A stretch of 64,000 nt of DNA from an uncultured virus (IMG/VR IMGVR_UViG_3300025109_000005) (Duplodnaviria; Heunggongvirae; Uroviricota; Caudoviricetes): IMG/VR virus record IMGVR_UViG_3300025109_000005. One strand, 5' to 3'. Both the position numbers and the translations under genes were made by a program. Within the stretch, counting starts at the first letter, position 1, and each line of letters opens with the position of its first letter. Below, in pieces: positions 17,755 through 26,463 of this stretch. The notes below the pieces were generated by a model. The model saw only the letters and a program-made list of their open reading frames with translations. It did no database searches and was not told the DNA's origin.

Positions 17755-18123
17755 CTACTCCTCGCGAGGCGCTTTCGCGCCACGAATGTGAGCAATCTTC
17801 GGAGCTGTCCCCATCGCGGAAGCCCGCAGCCCTTTAACATCGACCCCAGCCGCGACGTCACGAGGCGGGAGGCCCCATATGTGGGCTACAACATCGTCAA
17901 GTAGTGTCGCTGCGGGAAGCCCGTAGCGCTCTGCCAAGCCTTTTTCGTTGGCGAGACGCCGCACATGGTCCATGTAGGCTTGAACCTTATCTGGGTTCCA
18001 ATCAGGCGGCGGAACTTCAGGAAGCTTCTCTGCAGACGCAGGCGAAGGCGCTTGCGTTCTAGCCTCGGTTTTCATGTTGTGGATGATCTCGTCAGGTGAC
18101 TGCGTGTATTTGGGGGACATCAC
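17755..18123 (-). CDS. Hypothetical accessory protein
   Basis: ORF between terL and portal; N-terminal EIIHNMKTEART helix. Confidence 0.65.
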   Translation of the reverse strand: MMSPKYTQSPDEIIHNMKTEARTQAPSPASAEKLPEVPPPDWNPDKVQAYMDHVRRLANEKGLAERYGLPAATLLDDVVAHIWGLPPRDVAAGVDVKGLRASAMGTAPKIAHIRGAKAPREE

Positions 18124-19778
18124 TACATCCAGTTGCGGGGAGGGGGCTTGAAGGGGTTCTTGCGCTGATTGCGGTTGTGGCGATTGTACCGGTCGAGGTC
18201 CGCGATTGTAAGCTGACCGGGATGCCGCTCATTAACCTCTTCTAGGTTATCTGGCGTGAAGTGGCGACGGGACAGGATGTCGGCAGCCATGACAGCGGTT
18301 CTTGCGCGGTCGAAGTGGTGGGTCTCGCCGTCGAGGCCCTTCACTCTCTTCTTGCGCGAACCATCGTAGTTCAGCAGCTGGTGGAGCAGTCCCCTGGACC
18401 GGAGCTCGATGTCTTCCTGTCGGAGCATCCGAACCAGGCGAGCCTCGGCTTCCTGAATCCGCTTGTCGGTGGCGTACCAACCAGGATGGTTGCGGTTGGT
18501 CCACAGCAGCTTCTTGCAGCCGCCGTCCTTGAGCAGGGCGATACAGGCCGTGGCGTTGGACTCCACGGCGAGCAGGGCACCGTTGTACCGGGCCTGGACC
18601 TGCAGGAGTCGTCGGGAGAACCGGTCCGGTGGTTCTCTGTCCTCCCAGAACGCAACCTCTCTCCGCGTGATGGCGTTCCAGACAGTCAACGCACTCTTGT
18701 CGCCGTCTCCACCGAACCCCGCAGGGTCTGCAGTGATGACGTACTTGTCCCTGGGCTCGGGGGCGTCGATCTCTCTGCAGCCGGACAGGGCTACTGGAGG
18801 ATCATTGACCGCACGTGCCAGGAGAGGCTTCAGTATCTCTATAGGCATAACCGGTGCGAAGGCGCCGAGCCAGCCATCATAGGGGTCTGAGGGGTACTTA
18901 CTCGAGAAGAGTCTGGAGTCCCCTGCGAACTCGGTCTCGAGGGCGAGTCGGCGGAACGCCAGGTTGTCGAGAACCATGCCCGGGTGCCTCGACATGTATG
19001 TCTTTTCTTCTTCGGTGGGGACGAAACCGGCAGGGCTGACTCGACAGCTGGGGTCGTGCCACCACTCGAGGAACAGAGAACTGAAGCGACCTCGCCCCTC
19101 GAGAGAAGACTGCCACATCTGCTCATGGTGACTGCCAGATCGTCCCGGCGTGGACTCCAAGATGACGCGGGCGTTGGGCCGTTTGTTCAATGTCGGGAAG
19201 ATGTTGATCGCGGCTTTACGCTGCCACTGAGCTTCACCGAACTCGGTGATGACGAGGCGGTCGATGGAACGACCGATGGCAGGACTGCGTCCACCTGCAG
19301 TCAGGATCTTGATGGCGCCTCCGTGACAGAAGTGAATCTGGGTCGCACCAGCCTTGCGCCCATGAGCCAGTGGCATCTTCACGTCTTCGGGGAGTCGGTG
19401 GTAGGCAAACAGGATGCGCTCGAAGATGTCTTCAGCGGTGTCCTGGCGCTCTGCAATGAGTAGGCCCTTGATGCCGTTGAGGTACATACAGTCACGCAGC
19501 AGGAGCATGACACTGACGGTTGTGATCTTGGCCTGCCTGAACTTGTTGACCATGACCCAACGGTGGCTGCCGATAGAGTTGAGGAACTGCATCTGCGTGT
19601 TTGTCGGGTTCATGTAGCCCATGGACTCATCTTCTCGGATGATCTGACACATGCTCACGAAAGCAGACGGCGTGGAGAACATGGCTTGTATCTTGCCCAT
19701 GTGCAGGCCGGGCGCTTCAGCGAAGTCGGCACCACCAGACACACTGGTGCCTGTCACAGGCTGAATCAAGCTGCTCAT
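18123..19778 (-). CDS. terL: Terminase large subunit
   Basis: Walker A-type KFRQAKITT, Walker B LVITE, coupling motif ESTP, RNase H-like nuclease residues ADPAG/DKSA/VESN/HFD. Confidence 0.9.
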   Translation of the reverse strand: MSSLIQPVTGTSVSGGADFAEAPGLHMGKIQAMFSTPSAFVSMCQIIREDESMGYMNPTNTQMQFLNSIGSHRWVMVNKFRQAKITTVSVMLLLRDCMYLNGIKGLLIAERQDTAEDIFERILFAYHRLPEDVKMPLAHGRKAGATQIHFCHGGAIKILTAGGRSPAIGRSIDRLVITEFGEAQWQRKAAINIFPTLNKRPNARVILESTPGRSGSHHEQMWQSSLEGRGRFSSLFLEWWHDPSCRVSPAGFVPTEEEKTYMSRHPGMVLDNLAFRRLALETEFAGDSRLFSSKYPSDPYDGWLGAFAPVMPIEILKPLLARAVNDPPVALSGCREIDAPEPRDKYVITADPAGFGGDGDKSALTVWNAITRREVAFWEDREPPDRFSRRLLQVQARYNGALLAVESNATACIALLKDGGCKKLLWTNRNHPGWYATDKRIQEAEARLVRMLRQEDIELRSRGLLHQLLNYDGSRKKRVKGLDGETHHFDRARTAVMAADILSRRHFTPDNLEEVNERHPGQLTIADLDRYNRHNRNQRKNPFKPPPRNWM

Positions 19779-19872
19779 GATGAGATGGTATCATGGAGTT
19801 AAGGAGGAAGCACTGTGTGCGTAGTCTTTCCCTCTTGGGTATAAAGAGGTACAGTTTCTTGCAGGAGCCATC

Positions 19873-20091
19873 ATGGCAGAGAAGTGGATCAAGGGCGCAA
19901 TCAAGGAGCCGGGTGCTCTGCGTAAGTCCCTGGGCGTCAAGGAAGGCGAAACCATTCCCAAGGATCAGTTGGCCGAGAAGAAGGCTGAACTCGAGGAGAA
20001 GGCTGAGGGAGACAAGACACTGACTCCTACGCAGCGCAAGCTACTTCGACAGATCAACCTGGCGCAGACTCTGGCCGGAATGAAGAAATGA
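19873..20091 (+). CDS. Small basic conserved phage protein
   Basis: MAEKWIKGAIKEPGALRKSLGVKEGETIP...LAQTL pattern common in phage structural regions. Confidence 0.75.
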   Translation: MAEKWIKGAIKEPGALRKSLGVKEGETIPKDQLAEKKAELEEKAEGDKTLTPTQRKLLRQINLAQTLAGMKK

Positions 20092-20417
20092 CATCTCCAG
20101 CAGACTTGTCGGCACAGCAGGTTCAGGAAGAGAACCAGGCACTGACGGATGAACAGCGCAACATGGTGAAGATGGCGCTGGCCGAGGAGGCGCAGCTCGC
20201 TGCACAGGCGCAGCTGCCTCAAGTGTCCGCTACGGAAGAGACGTTGACAGGTGCGGGCAAGACGCTTTCGTCGGCGGCAAAGGGTGCGCAGATCGGTGCC
20301 GCGCTCGGTACAATCGTCCCTGGAGTGGGTAATGTCATCGGGGGTGCGATTGGGGCCGGTGCGGGTCTCATTGGTGGAGCGGCTGTTCGGGCCGCGCAGA
20401 AGAAACGCGGGTATTAA
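20088..20417 (+). CDS. Glycine-zipper protein (possible pilot or membrane-active virion protein)
   Basis: GAQIGAALGTIVPGVGNVIGGAIGAGAGLIGG. Confidence 0.7.
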   Translation: MTSPADLSAQQVQEENQALTDEQRNMVKMALAEEAQLAAQAQLPQVSATEETLTGAGKTLSSAAKGAQIGAALGTIVPGVGNVIGGAIGAGAGLIGGAAVRAAQKKRGY

Positions 20418-20602
20418 TTCCCAGAGGGTCAAAAAATAGACGCTCACCCTTGCGCCGATAAATCCGCCGTGTAAAGATAAATACGCACCCAATGGCGCGG
20501 GTAGCTCGAGAGAGTCCGTTGATAGACGCCACGGGCAGGCAACCACGCATTTCCTGACCCTTTCTCAGGCTGAGCACTTCTTGGTGCTCGCCCGGAGTAA
20601 TA

Positions 20603-21652
20603 ATGTCTATCACGACTGAAGTTCTCAACACTACGTTTGCGGACCTGAGGGGGCCCCTGGTCAACTCGTTCGTTCGCAGCAATGAGCTCTTCGACGCATT
20701 GATGTCCAAGGCCCGTATGCCCATGGAAGGCGGCTCATATATCGAGCGGACTTTCTCGGGTGGTGCTCCTGCACGCGGTGTCGGCATCTACGTCGGCGAC
20801 GAACTCCTCAACATGACGCGACGTCAGCAGATCAAGAAGTATCAGGTCGAGCCACATCGCCTGGTGGTTGCTGTCAACATCCCCAAGAAGGAGTTGATGT
20901 TCAACAGCGGCAAGCTGGCTATCGTGCGCCTCATCGAGGAGTACCCAAAGACTACAATGGACGCCGCTCAGGCCGACATCAACGCCTACATCCTGACAGG
21001 TTCCAGTCGCGGTCTGGTCTTCCAGACTGCCGAGCTCCGAGGCCTCCTGACCCTCAACGGTCAGATCTCCTCGGGTATCGGTACTGGGGTCACCAACGGA
21101 CTTCTGGACTTCTCGACTCCAGCTACGCAGACGGACACCGTCCAGAACGTGGCCAAGTCCAGCAGCTATTTCCACTTCAACAACTACGGTGCGATCACGG
21201 CCTTTGCCACTGACGGCATGGCTACGCTCCGGAAGACGTACCGCAAGTGCGCGCACTACGCGGGTGGAATCGGCAAGGGTCCTGACCTGTGCATCATGGA
21301 TGACGACACCTACACCAACTTCGAGGAGAGCCGTCTCAACCTCGTGCGGGTCAAGGTCGTCGAGGACAAGACCGAGAAGTCCAACATGCTTGGTCTCGAT
21401 CTCGGTGTCGCCAAGGTGTACAGTTCCATCGACCTCGACCGGAGTCTGTTCACGACTCCTGCCGACGTGGGTGTGACCTACATCCTGAACACCGACTTCA
21501 TCGAGTTCCCGCTCCACGAGGCTCCCCAGATTGGAGAGTTCAAGGAGAGGGTCGGAGATCAGGACGTTGTGACCTCGATCTTTTCGATGCAGGGTAACCT
21601 TATCAGCACGAAGCTTCCTGCCCAGGGAGTGGTTGCTGGTGGCTCGGCTTAG
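20603..21652 (+). CDS. Major capsid protein
   Basis: 349 aa, strongly biased codons, LNTTF..L...LVNS..SN.LF..L...GG..I N-terminus of HK97-fold MCPs; own promoter and leader. Confidence 0.85.
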   Translation: MSITTEVLNTTFADLRGPLVNSFVRSNELFDALMSKARMPMEGGSYIERTFSGGAPARGVGIYVGDELLNMTRRQQIKKYQVEPHRLVVAVNIPKKELMFNSGKLAIVRLIEEYPKTTMDAAQADINAYILTGSSRGLVFQTAELRGLLTLNGQISSGIGTGVTNGLLDFSTPATQTDTVQNVAKSSSYFHFNNYGAITAFATDGMATLRKTYRKCAHYAGGIGKGPDLCIMDDDTYTNFEESRLNLVRVKVVEDKTEKSNMLGLDLGVAKVYSSIDLDRSLFTTPADVGVTYILNTDFIEFPLHEAPQIGEFKERVGDQDVVTSIFSMQGNLISTKLPAQGVVAGGSA

Positions 21653-21661
21653 GAGGCCCTC

Positions 21662-22180
21662 ATGTCATACGGAAACCAGTTCAAGTCTGAACCACTCACT
21701 ACGACCTACACCACTGAGCAGTATCCTCTGGGTACGATCTTCGTTCAGCAGGCGGATGAAGTTGCTGCGGCGACTCACACTGACGGCACAACCTCGTTGG
21801 GCCTGAAGGGTGATCGCACGTGGATGTTCGTGCAGGCGGGTGTGGCCGTCAATATCTACGACGCCTGCGTCATCAACGCAATCGCAACGCCGCTCGTTGT
21901 GAAGCCTACGGATGCCGATGGCTCTGCCAACTATCTCTTCGTTGGCGTTGCGCAGGGTGCAATCGCGATCAACAGCTACGGGTGGATCGTCGTCCGAGGT
22001 GAGTGTGTTGTCAACGGAAATGCTAGCATCAATGCCGGGCAGCTGCTCGATACACATGGTGGATCAGCGGCTGGTCTGCTCGATGATGACACTACTGTGG
22101 CCCAGCTCGTCGGGCGCGCTCTCACGGCTACGGGTACTCCGGTTGCCGCGACTGTGGCTGCTCGGGTTCCCCTGCTGTAG
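21662..22180 (+). CDS. Capsid decoration/cement protein (putative)
   Basis: Directly after the MCP; YPLGT...W.FVQAG...GVAQGAIA..YGWI..RG pattern. Confidence 0.7.
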   Translation: MSYGNQFKSEPLTTTYTTEQYPLGTIFVQQADEVAAATHTDGTTSLGLKGDRTWMFVQAGVAVNIYDACVINAIATPLVVKPTDADGSANYLFVGVAQGAIAINSYGWIVVRGECVVNGNASINAGQLLDTHGGSAAGLLDDDTTVAQLVGRALTATGTPVAATVAARVPLL

Positions 22181-22207
22181 ATAGCCTCGAAGCTACCTGC
22201 GTGCTAC

Positions 22208-22245
22208 ACTGGGCACCTGAGGGGGCAACCTTTCAGGTGCCCAGT
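22208..22245 (+). terminator. 17-bp stem with GCAA tetraloop after the capsid genes (terminator or processing site)
   Basis: ACTGGGCACCTGAGGGG-GCAA-CCTTTCAGGTGCCCAGT. Confidence 0.7.
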
Positions 22246-22263
22246 CTCGTCTTGGAGGCGTGA

Positions 22264-23826
22264 ATGGATGTATCTCTCGGCGCGCTAAGAGACCGCCTCT
22301 TCAGTTTTCGTTCCTGGGACAGCTCTGGTTCGACGCTGAACAAGCGAGTTCGTGATGCGTTGAACACTGCCCTGGACCGGCTGGCTGGTGATGTGCCAGA
22401 GGCCCTGGTCCCTGACGAGGAACACGTTGTTCTCTACGCGGATGCGCTGGGCACGGACGCGGACATCGATGCGCGGCTGAACTCTACAGCTGACCCTCGC
22501 GTGCTCAAGTTCTCTGACTCGTCGTCTGCGGCTACCGCGATCTCGTCTTCATGGACACCCTCGGTCGATGGGACCTGGGATGGTGTCATGCACCTCGAGG
22601 TCAAGGACCCATCGGATGTCTGGCACCGTCGCCAGTCTCGTGAGTGGTGGCTCGACAGTGGCTTCTACTACGTCACCATCGACCGTCCGTGGAGGAACGC
22701 AACCGACACGTTGATGGAGTTTCGCGCCCACCAGCCCGAGTTCTTCGTGACCGATGATGTCATGGAGGTGCTCGAGCCTGCTCGAATCTGGGATTCGACT
22801 CGGCAGCAAGTATGGTCTATCGACACGGCAGGTGCGTATCGCCAGGACATGCTCGACTTCCAGGGCAACAGCAAGGCGCGCCCTTACCGCATGTGGCGAG
22901 GCCGGCACTTCCAGATGCCTACGCCGAGAGCCGCCCCGACAGCTATCCTCCCAGAGATAAATCAAGATGCCAAGGATCCTACGCTCGTGTGGGTGGGCCC
23001 CGAACAGAAGGGCACGTTCAAGTTCTGCTACACCATCGTGTGGGGTCGACGAGACACCGAATGGCAGGTAGCCCCCGGGGGCATTCAGGACCCTGTCTGG
23101 GAGAGTGCCCCCTCTCCTGCGAGCGCTGAAGTTGATAACTCGAATATGAAGACGAGTGGTACGTATGACGGCATTGTTCTCCGCGCCGAGAACATCGACT
23201 ACATGACGGACTTCGACCGCATTGTGCCTTCCGACGCCCCGGGGACGATGCTCAGAGACCAACGCTCTGGGTTCCGCATCCGGTTCTACGCGGCTCGAGA
23301 GAGCTTCGAGCTTGGTGCGTCATCGGGGGCCAGTGGTAGCGGTGACAACAATATCGTCGAGTCGGCGGGGATCTATTACCTGTTGGCTGAGATCGAGCCG
23401 GGTAATGCTGCAGGTGTTGTTACGCCGACGACCACGTATGTCTGGACAGGTGCAGCCATTCCAGACTTCTATCGGCCCCTCAAGCACAGCACTGGCTACT
23501 ACGCATGGAAGGTCTTTCCGCATCAAGATCAGCGGTACGAGCTCGACTTCCGAGTTCTTAGGCTACCTCGCGCGTTCGTCGATGACAGGGACACCGCTCC
23601 GATTCAACGTGATGCCGTGCCCGCGTTGCTCGAGCTTGCGCTCCACTACATGTGTCTGCTCGACGGTGTCGATCAGCAAGGTGCACAGATTCACCTTGAT
23701 CGATTCCAGACTCTCGCGCGTCGATACAGGGCGCGCTATGCCACACCCGGCGGCATTGTCGAACCGGTACCTTTCGGCGGTCGATACTCTCGACTGCAGT
23801 ACGGGACGTTCAGATCCACGACATAA
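22264..23826 (+). CDS. Head-tail adaptor-like virion protein with inserted beta domains
   Basis: N-terminal helix pair (LGALRDRL...ALNTALDRL) and C-terminal PALLELALHY helix; position after the capsid genes. Confidence 0.6.
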   Translation: MDVSLGALRDRLFSFRSWDSSGSTLNKRVRDALNTALDRLAGDVPEALVPDEEHVVLYADALGTDADIDARLNSTADPRVLKFSDSSSAATAISSSWTPSVDGTWDGVMHLEVKDPSDVWHRRQSREWWLDSGFYYVTIDRPWRNATDTLMEFRAHQPEFFVTDDVMEVLEPARIWDSTRQQVWSIDTAGAYRQDMLDFQGNSKARPYRMWRGRHFQMPTPRAAPTAILPEINQDAKDPTLVWVGPEQKGTFKFCYTIVWGRRDTEWQVAPGGIQDPVWESAPSPASAEVDNSNMKTSGTYDGIVLRAENIDYMTDFDRIVPSDAPGTMLRDQRSGFRIRFYAARESFELGASSGASGSGDNNIVESAGIYYLLAEIEPGNAAGVVTPTTTYVWTGAAIPDFYRPLKHSTGYYAWKVFPHQDQRYELDFRVLRLPRAFVDDRDTAPIQRDAVPALLELALHYMCLLDGVDQQGAQIHLDRFQTLARRYRARYATPGGIVEPVPFGGRYSRLQYGTFRSTT

Positions 23827-23856
23827 GCATTCCGCCTTGTTAAGATACTTCCAGAG

Positions 23857-24333
23857 GTGAACATGACGCGCATCGACTACATCAGCTTCGACCGCCCGCA
23901 GGTCGGAGATATCTACCACCGCTACAGTCTCAACAGTCTCTTCGAGGAAGCGATGATCATCAGTGTCATCGGCCCCGCTGATGACCAGGACCAGTGGACG
24001 GCAGTTCTCATGACTCGCAACGGAGCTGAGTTCTCGTCTTCGGGCGCGGACTACCGCAACAAGTTCGACTGGGTGCCGCATACGTGGATTTACGATGAGT
24101 TTCAGCGCGCATGGATCGACCCGAAGTCCGAGTCTACCGAAGAAGGTGCGCAGGCACAGACGCCCGAGGCGTTCAACCCAGCGAAGATTCCCGGCCCTGT
24201 CGAGGGTGAGCGGTTCATGACCTGGCGTGCTCGTGTGCTCAAGGAGATTCCGCTGCTCAAGAACAACAGTGAAGCGAAGGCGATGCTGTCTGCTGTCTGG
24301 AGGACTCGGGAACCAGGCGTGTCCGCGAAGTAG
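23857..24333 (+). CDS. Hypothetical protein
   Basis: 158-aa ORF in the structural region. Confidence 0.65.
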   Translation: MNMTRIDYISFDRPQVGDIYHRYSLNSLFEEAMIISVIGPADDQDQWTAVLMTRNGAEFSSSGADYRNKFDWVPHTWIYDEFQRAWIDPKSESTEEGAQAQTPEAFNPAKIPGPVEGERFMTWRARVLKEIPLLKNNSEAKAMLSAVWRTREPGVSAK

Positions 24334-24349
24334 CGTACGGGAGTCGTAG

Positions 24350-26455
24350 ATGGCGGGCCCAGCCCAGCAGCAGACTCGTAGACTGGTTGTGCCTCCTGGC
24401 GAGGCGCAGCGCTATTACTCGGCTGCGTCTTTGGCGTTCAAGGTACAGAACTTCACGGCAACCCCGGAAGGGACGATCACTTCGGTGCTCGGACCTACGG
24501 CATATGAGCCGCTCCGGGACTACTCGGCCCATATCGGGTCGGACTATGTGACGGCCATCTACGCCAGCGATACGCCGCATGGCATCTTCCAGACGAACCT
24601 GCAGGGTGGTCTGGTGGACATGTTGGTCATCCGCGCAGGCTCGAAGATTTATCGTCATGCCGGCTGGTACCGGGGCTGGGAGATCCTGCTCACAGGTCTC
24701 TCGAGCGAGAATCGTCCAAGATTCCCCGACCAGTTCACGGTTCTCAACGACCTGGTCATCTGGACCAATGGCATCGACCGTCCCCAGGCGATTGCTTCGG
24801 ACGGCTCTATCGCGAACCTGGGCTTTGCCGAGATCCCTGCGCCTCCTGACACCGCAGGCCCGATGAGTCATCTCCACGACACTGCCAACTTCCCGAACTA
24901 CTACGGGTACAGCTGGCCCGGTCGCATCGGGACTGTGGGTGATGTGCTCAATGGTCAGAGTGGTTCGCTGTTGTCGGGTGCCTGGTACTACTACCTTCGC
25001 TACGAAGACAGCTACGGCAACCTGTCTGCCCCTTCTCCGGCAAGTCGGCCTACGATTGTAGACACGCTGAGTGCGAGCCCCAACACCGGAATCACTGACG
25101 CTGAGTTCTACGACGCAGAGCTGGCGGACCTGACTCGGCAGTTTGCGGTGATGCTGCCCGAGGGACCGGACGAGTGTGTGGCGATGCACGTCTATCGGAC
25201 GCCAGACACCAAGCACGTCAGCACGATTCCCCGGTTCCTCACACGGGTTCCGAACAAGCGGGCGATGACCTACCCCGACAACATGGCGGACTCAGACCTG
25301 GGTTCCGAGATGGATTCTGGTGTCGTGGTTCCGGTTTTCCGGGTCATGTGTACGCACCAGGGACGACTCGTCATCGCGAACACCCTGGAAGACCCGGGCA
25401 TCGTCAGGCGCAGTGACCCGGGGTTTCCGGGCACATTCTCTTCGACGGAGTTCGTCTACCCCGACAGTGGCGGTGCCGAGGTTACAGGGGTCGCTTCGCA
25501 TGATGGGGCACTCCTCGCGTTTACCGAGAACAGCGTCTACTCTCTGCAGGACTTCTCGGTACCCGTTCCTCTGGCGCAGGGGGTGGGGTGTGTCGCTCCG
25601 AGCTCTATCAGGGCGATGGCGAACGGGGCGCTCATCTGGTTGGCTCGAGATGGCTTCTACGCGATGACGGGGGGAGCCATCAGCAAAGTCAGCACCCCTA
25701 TCGACCGCACGGTACGCAACTACCTCAACCGTGGCCGTCTCGGCATGTCTGCTGCCGCCTATGATTCGGCCAGTGGAGAGTATCGGTGCGCGGTTCCTCC
25801 TGCAGGTGAGCAGCACAACACGCTCATTCTCTGCTTCGATGGCGCGCACTGGCGTAGACAGAGGCTGGATCTGCACATTGCAGACTTCACTGCGACGAAT
25901 GACTGGAGACAGTACTTGTTGGGGCTGGGTCACAAGAAGATTACCAGCAGTGCAAGTAAGCTATGGGACTCTACTCGAGTCGAGACCTATGTGATGGATC
26001 GCTCTACGAAGCACGGAGTCACCACGGCGGAGGACATTATCTATCGCTCTGCGTGGTTGCGGGGCGACGAACTCGGTTTACTGCCCATCAACGTACGCTC
26101 TATGTTCGTAGGCATGATCGATGCCTGGAACGACGATGTGACTATCAAGTTCTACCGCAACGGCTCCTGGGCTGAGCATGTCTCGATGACGGACCTCAAG
26201 TCGATTGGGGTCAACGATGACTCGGGTGTGGTGACTGATGTTGCCGGGGCCGCAGTGCTTGGGACGTCCAAGGTGCATGATCCCAGGCTGTTCTGGCGTC
26301 AGATCCCGGCAGGGCTCGAGAACGTCAACTCGTGGGCATTCGAGATCTCGGCGACTCGCCCGACTCGCCTGCACCTGGCGTCGTTCGCATTCGACATCAG
26401 TGCCGCCACCAGTGGAAGTGTGAAGGGCCGCATCCCGCTTCGCAGTGATACGTAG
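24350..26455 (+). CDS. Tail nozzle / DNA stabilisation protein (tail tubular B or P22 gp10-like)
   Basis: 701 aa, beta-propeller-like; HQGRLVIA, GVGCVAPSSI and LIWLARDGFY motifs. Confidence 0.75.
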   Translation: MAGPAQQQTRRLVVPPGEAQRYYSAASLAFKVQNFTATPEGTITSVLGPTAYEPLRDYSAHIGSDYVTAIYASDTPHGIFQTNLQGGLVDMLVIRAGSKIYRHAGWYRGWEILLTGLSSENRPRFPDQFTVLNDLVIWTNGIDRPQAIASDGSIANLGFAEIPAPPDTAGPMSHLHDTANFPNYYGYSWPGRIGTVGDVLNGQSGSLLSGAWYYYLRYEDSYGNLSAPSPASRPTIVDTLSASPNTGITDAEFYDAELADLTRQFAVMLPEGPDECVAMHVYRTPDTKHVSTIPRFLTRVPNKRAMTYPDNMADSDLGSEMDSGVVVPVFRVMCTHQGRLVIANTLEDPGIVRRSDPGFPGTFSSTEFVYPDSGGAEVTGVASHDGALLAFTENSVYSLQDFSVPVPLAQGVGCVAPSSIRAMANGALIWLARDGFYAMTGGAISKVSTPIDRTVRNYLNRGRLGMSAAAYDSASGEYRCAVPPAGEQHNTLILCFDGAHWRRQRLDLHIADFTATNDWRQYLLGLGHKKITSSASKLWDSTRVETYVMDRSTKHGVTTAEDIIYRSAWLRGDELGLLPINVRSMFVGMIDAWNDDVTIKFYRNGSWAEHVSMTDLKSIGVNDDSGVVTDVAGAAVLGTSKVHDPRLFWRQIPAGLENVNSWAFEISATRPTRLHLASFAFDISAATSGSVKGRIPLRSDT

Positions 26456-26463
26456 GTGACAGC

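Noticed and set aside
7800..19860. Actively invertible packaging segment
   Set aside because: I found no inverted repeats at the boundaries and no recombinase in the window.
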